A DNA stretch of 64,000 bases from an uncultured Candidatus Saccharibacteria bacterium (GTDB lineage: Bacteria; Patescibacteriota; Saccharimonadia; Saccharimonadales; Saccharimonadaceae), in NCBI GenBank assembly GCA_937936045.1, contig CALGXC010000003.1, forward strand, positions 6,097-70,096. Reading direction: 5' to 3'. A model generated the notes under the pieces. That model did no database searches. It was not told where the DNA came from and saw only the letters and a program-made list of their open reading frames with translations. Shown here piece after piece: positions 1 through 8,985 of this stretch. Each line of letters begins with the position of its first letter. The stretch's first letter is position 1. The position numbers and the translations under genes are program-made.

Positions 1-2882
1 GAGCTGCGGAATATGAGAAAGATTGGGTGCAGCGATGGAAAGAGGACGACACATTTAACAAGTCGATCGCGCAACGTCCTGCTGATAATTCTTGGGTTTT
101 TTATGACGGTCCTCCGTTTTTGACAGGAACGCCACACCACGGGCATTTATTGGTCAGTACTGTGAAGGATACGATGGGACGCTTCCACACGATGAAAGGT
201 CAGCGAGTTGAGCGCCGTTGGGGTTGGGATTGTCACGGACTACCGGCAGAGGTTTACGTCGAAAAAACGCTAGGCATTTCTAATAAAAAAGAGATTGGCA
301 CGAAGATTAGCGTTTCAGATTATGTCAAGGAATGTCGAGCGGCTATGGTTCGAACTGGCACCGAATGGGAAGACACGATTGAGCGAATTGGTCGTTGGGT
401 CGAGTTTAAGGGCGCTTATAAAACCATGGATAATAATTACATGGAATCTGTTTGGTGGGCGTTCAAGAGACTTTACGAAGAAGGCAAAATTTACGAAGGC
501 GAAAAGATTTTGGTCTATTGCACGAAGGACGCGACGCCAATTTCTAAGAGTGAAGTGGCTATGGAAAATAGCTATCAAATGGACACTGACCCGAGCTTGT
601 TTGTTTACTTTAAGCTGGAAGATGAGGATGAATATTTGCTTGCGTGGACGACAACGCCGTGGACTTTGCCGGCAAATATGGTCTTGGCGGTAAATAGGGA
701 TGTCGATTATTCTTTGGTGGCGTACGGCGATAAAAAGTTTTACGTTGCAAGCGACCGTGTTGAGAAAGTTATGACGGATGAAAAGCACCAGCCGCTGGAA
801 TATTCAATTGTTAAGACGATTAAGGGTTCTGAATTGGTGGGTAAAAGATTCGAGCCGCTATTCGAAAATCGTGGTCCGGCTGCGCATAAGATTCTTCACG
901 CCGATTTTGTGACGACTGAGGATGGTACGGGAATTGTCCATATCGCGCCAGCTTACGGCGAGGATGATTATGAATTGTGCCGAAAAAATGACGTTCCAGT
1001 ATTGTCGTTGGTTGATGGCGATGGAAATTACACAGAAGGCAGATGGCTGGGTCGCAACATCTGGGAGGTGAATAAGGAAATAGCGAAGACTTTACTGGAA
1101 GAGGGTCGGGCGCTGAAAATTGAATATATTCGCCACGAATATCCGCATTGTCATCGATGTGGCACGAAATTGATGTACCGCGCTCATCCTAGTTGGTTTA
1201 TGGATATTCAGAGTCAGAAAAAGGAAATGTTGGAGGCGAACGAGCAGACAAGCTGGACGCCAGACAATTTGAGAACTGGACGATTCCACAATATCATCGA
1301 GCAGGCGCCGGATTGGAATTTGAGCCGCGATCGTTACTGGGCAACACCAATTCCAGTGTGGAAGGGTGTGAAAAATGATGGCACGGAAGTGGTGAAGGTG
1401 ATTGGTAGCTTTGCGGAATTTGAAGAAGTTACGGGTCGCAAGCTGGATGATTATCATTTGCCACAAGTTATGGACGTTACGTTTGAGTGCGACGGCGCAG
1501 AAATGCATCATATTGGTAAGGTTTTGGACTGTTGGTTTGAATCTGGTTCGATGCCGTTTGCTCAGTTCCATTATCCATTTGAGAACAAGGAAAAATTTGA
1601 AGCAAGTTTTCCGGCTGACTTTATCATTGAGGCGATTGACCAGACGCGTGGCTGGTTTTATAGTTTAACAGCGGTAAACGTGGCTTTGTTCGGTAAATCT
1701 CCGTGGAAGAATTTGATTTGTACTGGATTTATCAATGCCGCCGACGGTAAAAAAATGAGCAAGAAGCTAAAGAATTATACCGATCCGATGGAATTGATGA
1801 ACAAGACTTCGGCTGACAGTTTTCGATTCTTGATGCTTTCAAGTCCGCTAACAAACGGCGAAAATTTTGCCTTGGCGGATAAGGACGTGATGGATGTAGC
1901 GCGTAAGCTTGGTATGATCTGGAATATGTACGACTTCTTCACGATGTATGCTGAAGTTGACGGCTGGGAGTTTAATGGCGATTTGTCAGATCCGCTTCAC
2001 GATTTAACAAATCCGTTGGATATTTGGATTGTGTCGAGGTTACATCAATTGATAACAGAGGTCGAGCGAGGTCTTAATAACTATAATTTGCAGGATGCGA
2101 CCAAGCCGATCTTGCCGTTCTTAGACGACGCAAGTAACTGGTATGTTCGACGCAGCCGTCGTCGCTTCTGGAAATCTGAAGATGATGGCGATAAGAATGA
2201 TGCTTACCGCACGCTCCATTACGTTTTGGTGCGACTCAGTTATATGCTAGCGCCGTTTACGCCATTCTTAGCGGAAGAATTGTACCATAATTTGACGGGC
2301 GATAACGAGTCGATTCATCTTAAAGATTGGTTGCCGGCTGGTGAAATAGATAGTTCAATGCTTCGCGACATGAATGCACTGCGTACTGCGGTAAATGACG
2401 GCTTGTCGAAGCGCGCATCAGAGGGAATTAAAGTGCGTCAGCCGTTGGCGTCTGTGAAACTTATCAACACTATTTCTCAGGATACGCCAGCGGAAGTTGC
2501 ACAATTCTTGATTGATATCGCTAAAGATGAATTGAACGTGAAATCGGTTGAAATTGTTACAGATTCAGAGTCTGAGCCAGCCCAGCCGAGCGTTGTTTAT
2601 GACTTAACAATCACTCCTGAACTAAAGCGTGAAGGTTTGATGCGTGAAATCGTTCGCCACGTTCAAAGCGCACGCAAACAGGCTGGTCTGCAGATAGATG
2701 ATCGAATTGTGCTGAGTATTTCTAGCGACGATTCTGAAATATCTCAAGCTGTTGACGCTTTCGCTGATGTCATTAAATCTGAGACTCTTGCTGTGGAATT
2801 GAATTCTGCGGCTGATGAATCGGAAAAATACGACGCCAAAATCGATGGTAAATTGGTAGAAATTTCCCTGAAAAAAGCTTAA
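1..2882 (+). CDS. ileS: isoleucyl-tRNA synthetase, 5' end outside the window (frame open from base 3)
   Basis: PHHGHLL (HIGH) and KMSKKL (KMSKS) motifs, GWDCHGLP, DWNLSRDRYWATPIPVW. About 950 aa. The frame reads AAEYEKDWVQRW to the window edge. Confidence 0.95.
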   Translation, partial: AAEYEKDWVQRWKEDDTFNKSIAQRPADNSWVFYDGPPFLTGTPHHGHLLVSTVKDTMGRFHTMKGQRVERRWGWDCHGLPAEVYVEKTLGISNKKEIGTKISVSDYVKECRAAMVRTGTEWEDTIERIGRWVEFKGAYKTMDNNYMESVWWAFKRLYEEGKIYEGEKILVYCTKDATPISKSEVAMENSYQMDTDPSLFVYFKLEDEDEYLLAWTTTPWTLPANMVLAVNRDVDYSLVAYGDKKFYVASDRVEKVMTDEKHQPLEYSIVKTIKGSELVGKRFEPLFENRGPAAHKILHADFVTTEDGTGIVHIAPAYGEDDYELCRKNDVPVLSLVDGDGNYTEGRWLGRNIWEVNKEIAKTLLEEGRALKIEYIRHEYPHCHRCGTKLMYRAHPSWFMDIQSQKKEMLEANEQTSWTPDNLRTGRFHNIIEQAPDWNLSRDRYWATPIPVWKGVKNDGTEVVKVIGSFAEFEEVTGRKLDDYHLPQVMDVTFECDGAEMHHIGKVLDCWFESGSMPFAQFHYPFENKEKFEASFPADFIIEAIDQTRGWFYSLTAVNVALFGKSPWKNLICTGFINAADGKKMSKKLKNYTDPMELMNKTSADSFRFLMLSSPLTNGENFALADKDVMDVARKLGMIWNMYDFFTMYAEVDGWEFNGDLSDPLHDLTNPLDIWIVSRLHQLITEVERGLNNYNLQDATKPILPFLDDASNWYVRRSRRRFWKSEDDGDKNDAYRTLHYVLVRLSYMLAPFTPFLAEELYHNLTGDNESIHLKDWLPAGEIDSSMLRDMNALRTAVNDGLSKRASEGIKVRQPLASVKLINTISQDTPAEVAQFLIDIAKDELNVKSVEIVTDSESEPAQPSVVYDLTITPELKREGLMREIVRHVQSARKQAGLQIDDRIVLSISSDDSEISQAVDAFADVIKSETLAVELNSAADESEKYDAKIDGKLVEISLKKA

Positions 2883-2906
2883 AAAACCAAGTTATAACGT
2901 CTATGC

Positions 2907-2935
2907 TTGCAAAAGTCAAGGGCAGCTAGTATAAC
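2907..2935 (+). promoter_or_regulatory. candidate sigma70-type promoter TTGCAA-17nt-TATAAC
   Basis: Hexamers read directly, 17-nt spacer, about 35 nt upstream of the 2970 start, which has an AAAGGA SD. Confidence 0.4.
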
Positions 2936-2969
2936 AAGTTCATAGCATAATAATTTGAAAGGATAAGCT

Positions 2970-3707
2970 ATGATTAACTTGATTAAGGCTGGAGCTATCG
3001 CTGCATTGGCTACCGTTGGCGTAATATTCGGCAACGCAACTGCGTCTGCGCTAGAGACTACTCCGCCGGCTGCACCAAAAATAACAATTTCCACCGCTCA
3101 ATATAAGGGTGAGAAAAATACAATTAAGTTCGAAAGCGCTGCGAACGACCACTATCGATTCGTGCTAACGAGTGGCACAAATAAGATTCAATTAAAAAGC
3201 GCTATTCGTCAAGAATTGATGCAAGGCGGTGAGTTGTCGATTGAAGAGCTGGTGAAGAAGTATTACCCAAGTTTTGCCGACCCAATCCCATACGATACTC
3301 CTATTTCAATTGACATATACTGGTTTGACAAAGAAGGCAATTACGATAACTCATTGCGTCAAACTGTCGCATTGACTGTTGGTGGTAATCTGACAAAGGC
3401 TGTGAAGTTGAGCCAGACATCGGCAACATTGAAAAACCCAGAAAGTTTGCCGGAAGCTCCTGCTAATCCAAATCCAGCTACTCCAGAAAATCCAGTAAAC
3501 CCTGAAGCTTCAACTGAATCGGAAAACGTTAATGTAGTGGCTACTCCAGTTCTAGTAGAATCAACCCCAGCTTCAGTTTCTTTTCCTCGCAAAGAAACTA
3601 AGCCTGCTGAGACTTTAGCTGAAACTGGCGCGAGTGTATACTCAGTTATTGTCGCTGCTATTACGGCAATTACCGCTGGCGGTGCTGCAATTATTAAGCG
3701 ATCGTAG
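2970..3707 (+). CDS. secreted, sortase-anchored surface protein (LAETG sorting signal)
   Basis: N-terminal signal peptide (..ATASA/LE). Pro/Asn-rich linker. C-terminal LAETG (nt 3615-3629), then a hydrophobic helix and a KRS tail. Confidence 0.8.
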   Translation: MINLIKAGAIAALATVGVIFGNATASALETTPPAAPKITISTAQYKGEKNTIKFESAANDHYRFVLTSGTNKIQLKSAIRQELMQGGELSIEELVKKYYPSFADPIPYDTPISIDIYWFDKEGNYDNSLRQTVALTVGGNLTKAVKLSQTSATLKNPESLPEAPANPNPATPENPVNPEASTESENVNVVATPVLVESTPASVSFPRKETKPAETLAETGASVYSVIVAAITAITAGGAAIIKRS

Positions 3708-3738
3708 TCTTGTAGATTATCGTAAGAATTTCAGTAAA

Positions 3739-3767
3739 AATATCCTCCTCTTCATGGGGAGGATATT
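3739..3767 (+). terminator. hairpin AATATCCTCC-loop-GGGAGGATATT
   Basis: Stem of about 10 bp directly after the 3707 stop. The T-tract is weak. Confidence 0.45.
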
Positions 3768-3770
3768 CTA

Positions 3771-3799
3771 TTGACTTTTAATCGTACTTATGCTAGTAT
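3771..3799 (+). promoter_or_regulatory. promoter TTGACT-17nt-TAGTAT (TGc-extended)
   Basis: Read directly. It occupies the TTG start proposed by the ORF track, so the real start is probably ATG 3831. Confidence 0.5.
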
Positions 3800-3830
3800 A
3801 TCATTGTTAATTGATAAAAATAAAAAAGTT

Positions 3831-4019
3831 ATGCAAAATTTATTCAACAAATTATTTGGTAGTAAAGTAGGGTTTTCGCCAATTGATCCGCTGGCGGATG
3901 GACTTGCTGAAGAAATTATTAAAGAGCAGCGGGAGCCGCAGGCAATTCGTCTGGATGCCGACGATATAGAGGATATTCGCAAGTTTTGGTCTCGTGCGGA
4001 TGGCGATTTTGATAGCTGA
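3831..4019 (+). CDS. small acidic hypothetical protein (62 aa)
   Basis: ORF downstream of the predicted promoter. No SD and no recognisable motif. Confidence 0.4.
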   Translation: MQNLFNKLFGSKVGFSPIDPLADGLAEEIIKEQREPQAIRLDADDIEDIRKFWSRADGDFDS

Positions 4020-4024
4020 TAGTG

Positions 4025-4030
4025 TATAAT
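4025..4030 (+). promoter_or_regulatory. -10 box TATAAT, 6 nt before ATG 4037
   Basis: gtgTATAATtagctcATG. Confidence 0.5.
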
Positions 4031-4036
4031 TAGCTC

Positions 4037-5386
4037 ATGTTAATTGAGTTTTTTACTTTTTTTGCTCGAGCTGGCGGAGGAGGGTCGGGCTCTTCTGGAG
4101 GGTCCTTAATTTTGATGCTACCTGCAGCTGTATCGGGCGGTGTGGCAGGCTTTGTAAAAAGGAAGACTAGATCAAAAATAGCAGGCTTCTTGGTGGGCGT
4201 TGCTGTTGGACTAGTTTTTAGTTTACTGTATTTAGCCGACTTAATGTGGTTCATATGTGCGGTTATTTCTACTTTTGTGGGGGCTGCTATCTCTGTATTT
4301 GTTGATAAGCTCAAAGCATTTCGCCAAAATAGTGAGGCGGCTACGAATACAGTTCGCCAAGCCTCCTCTGCTGATTTGTTATGGCAGCCAGATAGTCTTA
4401 CCAATTACGCCAAGCAAGTTTTCGAGAGGTTTCAGTATGATTGGAGTAACTTAGATTATGAGTCAATTCGTAAGTATACGACACAGAGATATTCAAATCA
4501 CATTGGACTAGTGATGCAGGCTTTGCGCCAAATGGGTCGTAGGAATATCGTCGATAACGTGCGGATAAATGAGGCTATTTTTACTGACGCGCATGACGAT
4601 GCTAATAATCAAAGTGATCGGGTGAGCGTAGCATTTTTGGCGGAAGCAGACGATAGGCTAGAGGAGGTTGCTACAGGTAAGAAAATCCGAGGTACTAACG
4701 AAGAGTTTGCAGAGAAGTGGAACTTTGTTCGTGAAGGCAATGAGTGGAAATTAGATGGCATAAATCAGCTGACTGAGGACGTTAATACATTAGTTGGCTC
4801 GCTGAATAAGTTTGCTAAGGACAATGGTATGTATTTTAGTCTGGATTGGGGTAGGCTGCTTCTTCCGAAGGGTGGTAACTTATTTTTGCCGCGCTATTTT
4901 AGCTCTGCTGACGTAAATAACCATGTTATTGGCATTTGGGATGGTGGTATTCTTGTTCAGCTTTATACTTGTGTGCTTAAAAATGGCAATGGATTTACGG
5001 ACGAGGGTAAAAACAAAGATGAGGTTAACTATCTTATCGGTCAGATTATGCTACCCAAATCTTACGGTGGAATTTTGGTCGACAGGGATGATAATAGCAT
5101 TTTTAGGAAGCGCGTGATAGCTCCGTTTGGCTATAAAAAAGTCGAAATGGAGTGGGGTGATTTTAATAAACGCTATACTATTTTTGCCACAAACGAAGAT
5201 CAGGCGGCGAGCTTTGAGCTATTAAATCCGAGTTTTATGGCGTGGCTGTATGACCAGGATATAAAAGCTAATATTGAAGTGATGGACAATATAGTTATTC
5301 TATATGCCCGGGTTTCTTCTGATGAAAAACGCTATGCGGAAATGTTAGAGATTTTAAGAAGGGCTCACAAAGAGTTGAAAATGTAG
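4037..5386 (+). CDS. membrane protein with Gly-rich N-terminus, Tim44-like middle region and DUF3137-like C-terminal region (function unknown)
   Basis: GGGGSGSSGG, then 2-3 TM helices. The family names come from memory of similar architectures and are not verified. Confidence 0.75.
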   Translation: MLIEFFTFFARAGGGGSGSSGGSLILMLPAAVSGGVAGFVKRKTRSKIAGFLVGVAVGLVFSLLYLADLMWFICAVISTFVGAAISVFVDKLKAFRQNSEAATNTVRQASSADLLWQPDSLTNYAKQVFERFQYDWSNLDYESIRKYTTQRYSNHIGLVMQALRQMGRRNIVDNVRINEAIFTDAHDDANNQSDRVSVAFLAEADDRLEEVATGKKIRGTNEEFAEKWNFVREGNEWKLDGINQLTEDVNTLVGSLNKFAKDNGMYFSLDWGRLLLPKGGNLFLPRYFSSADVNNHVIGIWDGGILVQLYTCVLKNGNGFTDEGKNKDEVNYLIGQIMLPKSYGGILVDRDDNSIFRKRVIAPFGYKKVEMEWGDFNKRYTIFATNEDQAASFELLNPSFMAWLYDQDIKANIEVMDNIVILYARVSSDEKRYAEMLEILRRAHKELKM

Positions 5387-5394
5387 GAGGTACT

Positions 5395-6222
5395 ATGATT
5401 ACTAAAGCTATTATTCCGGTCGCTGGTTGGGGTACGCGAATGTTGCCGATTACCAAATCTATTGAAAAGTGTATGTTGCCGGTCGGCACAAGGCCAGTGA
5501 TTGATTATATTGTGCAAGACGTCGTGCGAGCGGGCGTGAAGGATATTTACTTCGTAGTTGGCGAGCAGAGTACACAGGTGCAGAGCTATTATCGGTCGAA
5601 CATTCAATTGAACGATTATTTGCGCCGTGCGGGAAAAGAAGATAAATTACCTCTGGTGGCGCCGCTTCGCGACGTCCGAATACATTTTTTAACCCAGCCG
5701 GGAACTGGTGGTTATGGCACAAGCATTCCAGTTGGTTTGGCGAGCGAATTCATCGAACAGGGCGAGTCGGCCTTTGTGATTATGGGCGATCAATTCTTTT
5801 GGCGTGGTGACGACGGTTCAAACGCGGCAGATTTAGCGGAGTTGGTGGAATCGCGCGGATTGTCGGCTGGGCTATTGGGAAATCCTGTTGAAGAGGAGTT
5901 TATTCCGCAAACAGGGATTATTGAAACTGACGATCAGGGCAATTTTGTGCGAATAATTGAAAAGCCGAAACTGGAAGAAGCTCCAAGTAATCTCAGCAAT
6001 TCAAGCTTTTACGTCCTGAATAAAGAGATTTTTGAGTTGGCGCGAACCTTGCCAGCAAATCCTAAGAGAGGCGAGTTTGAGCTAACGGACGCGATTAATG
6101 CGTACATCGATGGTGGTGGCGTGATTGTCGTTGGTGAGGCTAAGGGCGAATATATGGAATGCGGCTCGCCGAGTGGCTGGTTGAAGGCGAATAATGCTAT
6201 GGCGGAAAACGCTACCTACTAA
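5395..6222 (+). CDS. galU: UTP-glucose-1-phosphate uridylyltransferase / sugar nucleotidyltransferase
   Basis: KAIIPVAGWGTRMLPITK N-terminal signature. GGAGG SD. Confidence 0.85.
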   Translation: MITKAIIPVAGWGTRMLPITKSIEKCMLPVGTRPVIDYIVQDVVRAGVKDIYFVVGEQSTQVQSYYRSNIQLNDYLRRAGKEDKLPLVAPLRDVRIHFLTQPGTGGYGTSIPVGLASEFIEQGESAFVIMGDQFFWRGDDGSNAADLAELVESRGLSAGLLGNPVEEEFIPQTGIIETDDQGNFVRIIEKPKLEEAPSNLSNSSFYVLNKEIFELARTLPANPKRGEFELTDAINAYIDGGGVIVVGEAKGEYMECGSPSGWLKANNAMAENATY

Positions 6223-6291
6223 CTGTACTTGATTTTATTGCTAGTTTTTGATAGAATTATTAGAGTTAATTCATAATAATTAAGGAACGAA

Positions 6292-6597
6292 ATGAAAGCA
6301 GTCGTAAAAATCTCTGGCAAACAATATCTTGTCAGCGAAAAAGAGTCCCTCTTGGTGGATCTCCTCCCTGAAGGCACAAAAGAACTCACTCTCGACGCAC
6401 TTTTAGTGATTGATGGTGATAAAATCAAGGTTGGTACGCCAGCCGTAAAAGGCTCTAGCGTTAAGGCTAAGGTCGTAGAAGCGGAAGTTAAGGGCGATAA
6501 GCTTCGCGTTATCCGCTACAAGAGTAAGAAGCGTGTGCACAAAGAAACTGGTCATCGCCAGAAGTACACGAAGATTGAAATTACGTCAATTAAATAA
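6292..6597 (+). CDS. rplU: 50S ribosomal protein L21
   Basis: MKAVVKISGKQYLV... and RVIRYKSKKRVHKETGHRQKYTKIEI. Confidence 0.95.
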   Translation: MKAVVKISGKQYLVSEKESLLVDLLPEGTKELTLDALLVIDGDKIKVGTPAVKGSSVKAKVVEAEVKGDKLRVIRYKSKKRVHKETGHRQKYTKIEITSIK

Positions 6598-6606
6598 CCT
6601 AAAGAG

Positions 6607-6633
6607 CCGCTTTCGCAAAGGAAGCGGTTTTTT
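6607..6633 (+). terminator. rho-independent terminator
   Basis: CCGCTTTC/GGAAGCGG stem followed by TTTTTT. Confidence 0.75.
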
Positions 6634-6659
6634 GATGTCTGTTATTTATGTTCTGCTCA

Positions 6660-6668
6660 TGCTATAAT
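6660..6668 (+). promoter_or_regulatory. extended -10 TGcTATAAT (parA; SD-led, 24-nt leader)
   Basis: Read directly. AAAGGGGAA SD before ATG 6693. Confidence 0.5.
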
Positions 6669-6692
6669 TAAGGCAGGTAAAAAGGGGAACGA

Positions 6693-7457
6693 ATGACAAA
6701 AATCATTGCGGTGACAAATCAAAAAGGTGGCGTCGGCAAAACAACGACGTCAATTAACGTAGCATATTTTTTGGCAAAAGCTGGCAAGAAAACATTGTTG
6801 GTGGATTTTGATCCGCAGGGCAATGCCACCAGTGGACTTGGAATAGATAAGCAGAATTTGGGCGCAACAATATCAGAGGTGATTATGCGACAAATTGACC
6901 TGGCTAATATCATATTGCCGACGGAATATAAAAACTTATCAATCGCTCCAGCTACACCTCATTTGGCGAATACGGAAGTGGAGTTGGCGCAGGCGCAGGG
7001 AAGGTTTGTTCGCTTGCGAGAGGCTTTGCAGAAGGCGACGGATTACGACTATATTATTATTGATAGTCCACCGAGCTTGAGTTTGTTGACAGTCAACGGC
7101 ATGATTGCTGCTAATTACGTATTGCTTCCAGTTCAGGCAGAATTTTACGCTCTGGAAGGATTGGGGCAGCTTTTGGAAAGTATGAAATTGATAAAGAAGG
7201 GGCTTAATCCGCCTCTGGAATTATTGGGTGTTTTATTGACGATGATGGACTCCAGGACGACTTTGTCTGGTCAAGTTCATGCTGAGGTTAAAAAGTATTT
7301 TCCAGATAAGATTTTCAAGAATAGTATTCCGAGAAACATTCGCTTGGCTGAAGCTCCTAGTCACGGCGCGCCAGTTGGGGCGTATGATCGTTTTTCAAAA
7401 GGTTCTCGGGCTTATAAGGCGCTAACGAAAGAAATTATAGAGAGGGTGGAACGATGA
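6693..7457 (+). CDS. parA: chromosome partitioning ATPase ParA/Soj
   Basis: Deviant Walker A: NQKGGVGKTTT. Confidence 0.95.
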   Translation: MTKIIAVTNQKGGVGKTTTSINVAYFLAKAGKKTLLVDFDPQGNATSGLGIDKQNLGATISEVIMRQIDLANIILPTEYKNLSIAPATPHLANTEVELAQAQGRFVRLREALQKATDYDYIIIDSPPSLSLLTVNGMIAANYVLLPVQAEFYALEGLGQLLESMKLIKKGLNPPLELLGVLLTMMDSRTTLSGQVHAEVKKYFPDKIFKNSIPRNIRLAEAPSHGAPVGAYDRFSKGSRAYKALTKEIIERVER

Positions 7458-8332
7458 AAAAAGGTTTAGGTAGAGGTTTTGGGTCGTTGATCCCAACCAA
7501 TTTGATCGATGAAACGTTCGATCCGACAGCACAGCAGGACGTGAAAGTTTCTCATTTGAGAGATATTGCTATTGATCAAGTCGTCCCAGATCCAGATCAG
7601 CCGCGTCGCTTTTTTGATGAGAACGCTTTGAATGAGTTGACGGAATCGGTGCGCGAGCATGGTGTGGTTCAGCCGATTGTTGTGACGCCAAAAGGCGATA
7701 AATATCTGATCGTGGCGGGCGAACGACGTTGGCGTGCGGCGAATAGGGCGAATTTAACAGAGGTGCCGTGTATCGTCAGGAGTATGAGCGACCAAAATCG
7801 CTTAGAGGTCTCTTTGATTGAAAACTTGCAGCGACATGATTTGAATGCGCTTGAAACTGCGACTGCTTATCAAAAATTGCGCGACCAATTCAATATGACG
7901 CTGGAGGAAATTGGCAAGCGTCTGGGTGGTAAATCTATAAGTGCGGTTAGTAATACGTTGAGGCTGCTGAAGCTACCGAAGTCTGTGCAGCAGGCGTTGT
8001 TTGAGGGGCGATTAAATGAAGGGCAGGCAAGACCTCTAATCGGTTTGCCTGATGATGCCGCGGAAGATATCATGGAGCGAGCTATTCGCGAGGAGTGGTC
8101 GGCGCGACGGATTGAGCAAGTTGTTACTTTGTGGAAGCAGGCGAAGTCTAGTCCAATCGAGAACAAGCGCCGCCCAGCAGATATGCCTCACGCAGATGCT
8201 GTTGAAAGTCTTTCAAAGAGATTCGGCACAGGGGTGAAAATTCGTACAAACGGCCGTGGAGCTGGTCAGATTAGTATCAAGTTTAAGGATAATCTTGAAT
8301 TTGAACGAATAAGAGAATTACTCGAAAAATAA
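7454..8332 (+). CDS. parB: chromosome partitioning protein ParB/Spo0J
   Basis: ParB box IVAGERRWRAA plus HTH. ATGA overlap with parA. Confidence 0.95.
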   Translation: MKKGLGRGFGSLIPTNLIDETFDPTAQQDVKVSHLRDIAIDQVVPDPDQPRRFFDENALNELTESVREHGVVQPIVVTPKGDKYLIVAGERRWRAANRANLTEVPCIVRSMSDQNRLEVSLIENLQRHDLNALETATAYQKLRDQFNMTLEEIGKRLGGKSISAVSNTLRLLKLPKSVQQALFEGRLNEGQARPLIGLPDDAAEDIMERAIREEWSARRIEQVVTLWKQAKSSPIENKRRPADMPHADAVESLSKRFGTGVKIRTNGRGAGQISIKFKDNLEFERIRELLEK

Positions 8333-8338
8333 TTTTTA

Positions 8339-8944
8339 TTAGAACGAGCGAATTTTATTGAATGGGAATATTCGTAGGCTGACTGGTCCGACGATGTCAT
8401 AAAGGGGGATCGGCCCCATGCAGTTTCGAGAGTCGCAGGAGTAGCTTCCTTGGCGGTGATCGCCCATAACGAATATTGTGCCTTCTGGTACGGTCGTATC
8501 GACATCCCCGGAAGTAGGCTGTCCTGGCTCATTTTTATTAACTGAGGTGTCAGGGTTAAATCCGTCGGGGTTTTCTGTGTTGTAAACAGTTACTGTGCCG
8601 TTTTTCACAGTAACTCGCTCACCAGCAAAGGCAATTACACGCTTAACAATGTACTCATCTTTACCTGTCGAGGCGTTAAAATTCGGATTCTTAAACACAA
8701 TTACTTGTCCGCGCTTTGGTGCATAATTTTTATTTTGCAATTTTGAGCCAGTGACGGGCAATCGATTGACGATCAGGCGATCACCGGTGTACATTGTTGT
8801 TTCCATGCTGGCACCTTCAACATTGAAAGTTTGAAATACAAAAGTGTTCAATAAAAGTGTACCAATCACTACGCCAACAACGAAAATGACCATTCCCAGG
8901 CCATCTTGTAATTTTGGATGACGATCCATAAAAGTAGCGTCCAT
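8339..8944 (-). CDS. lepB: signal peptidase I (S26)
   Basis: GASMETTM and GDHRQGSYSCDSR boxes. Start set at MDATFMD (8944). The longer ORF to 9034 would overlap the divergent LCP gene. Confidence 0.88.
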   Translation of the reverse strand: MDATFMDRHPKLQDGLGMVIFVVGVVIGTLLLNTFVFQTFNVEGASMETTMYTGDRLIVNRLPVTGSKLQNKNYAPKRGQVIVFKNPNFNASTGKDEYIVKRVIAFAGERVTVKNGTVTVYNTENPDGFNPDTSVNKNEPGQPTSGDVDTTVPEGTIFVMGDHRQGSYSCDSRNCMGPIPLYDIVGPVSLRIFPFNKIRSF

Positions 8945-8985
8945 TGTTTCAATTATAAGCGTTTTGTGTGTTATAATCAATAGAT

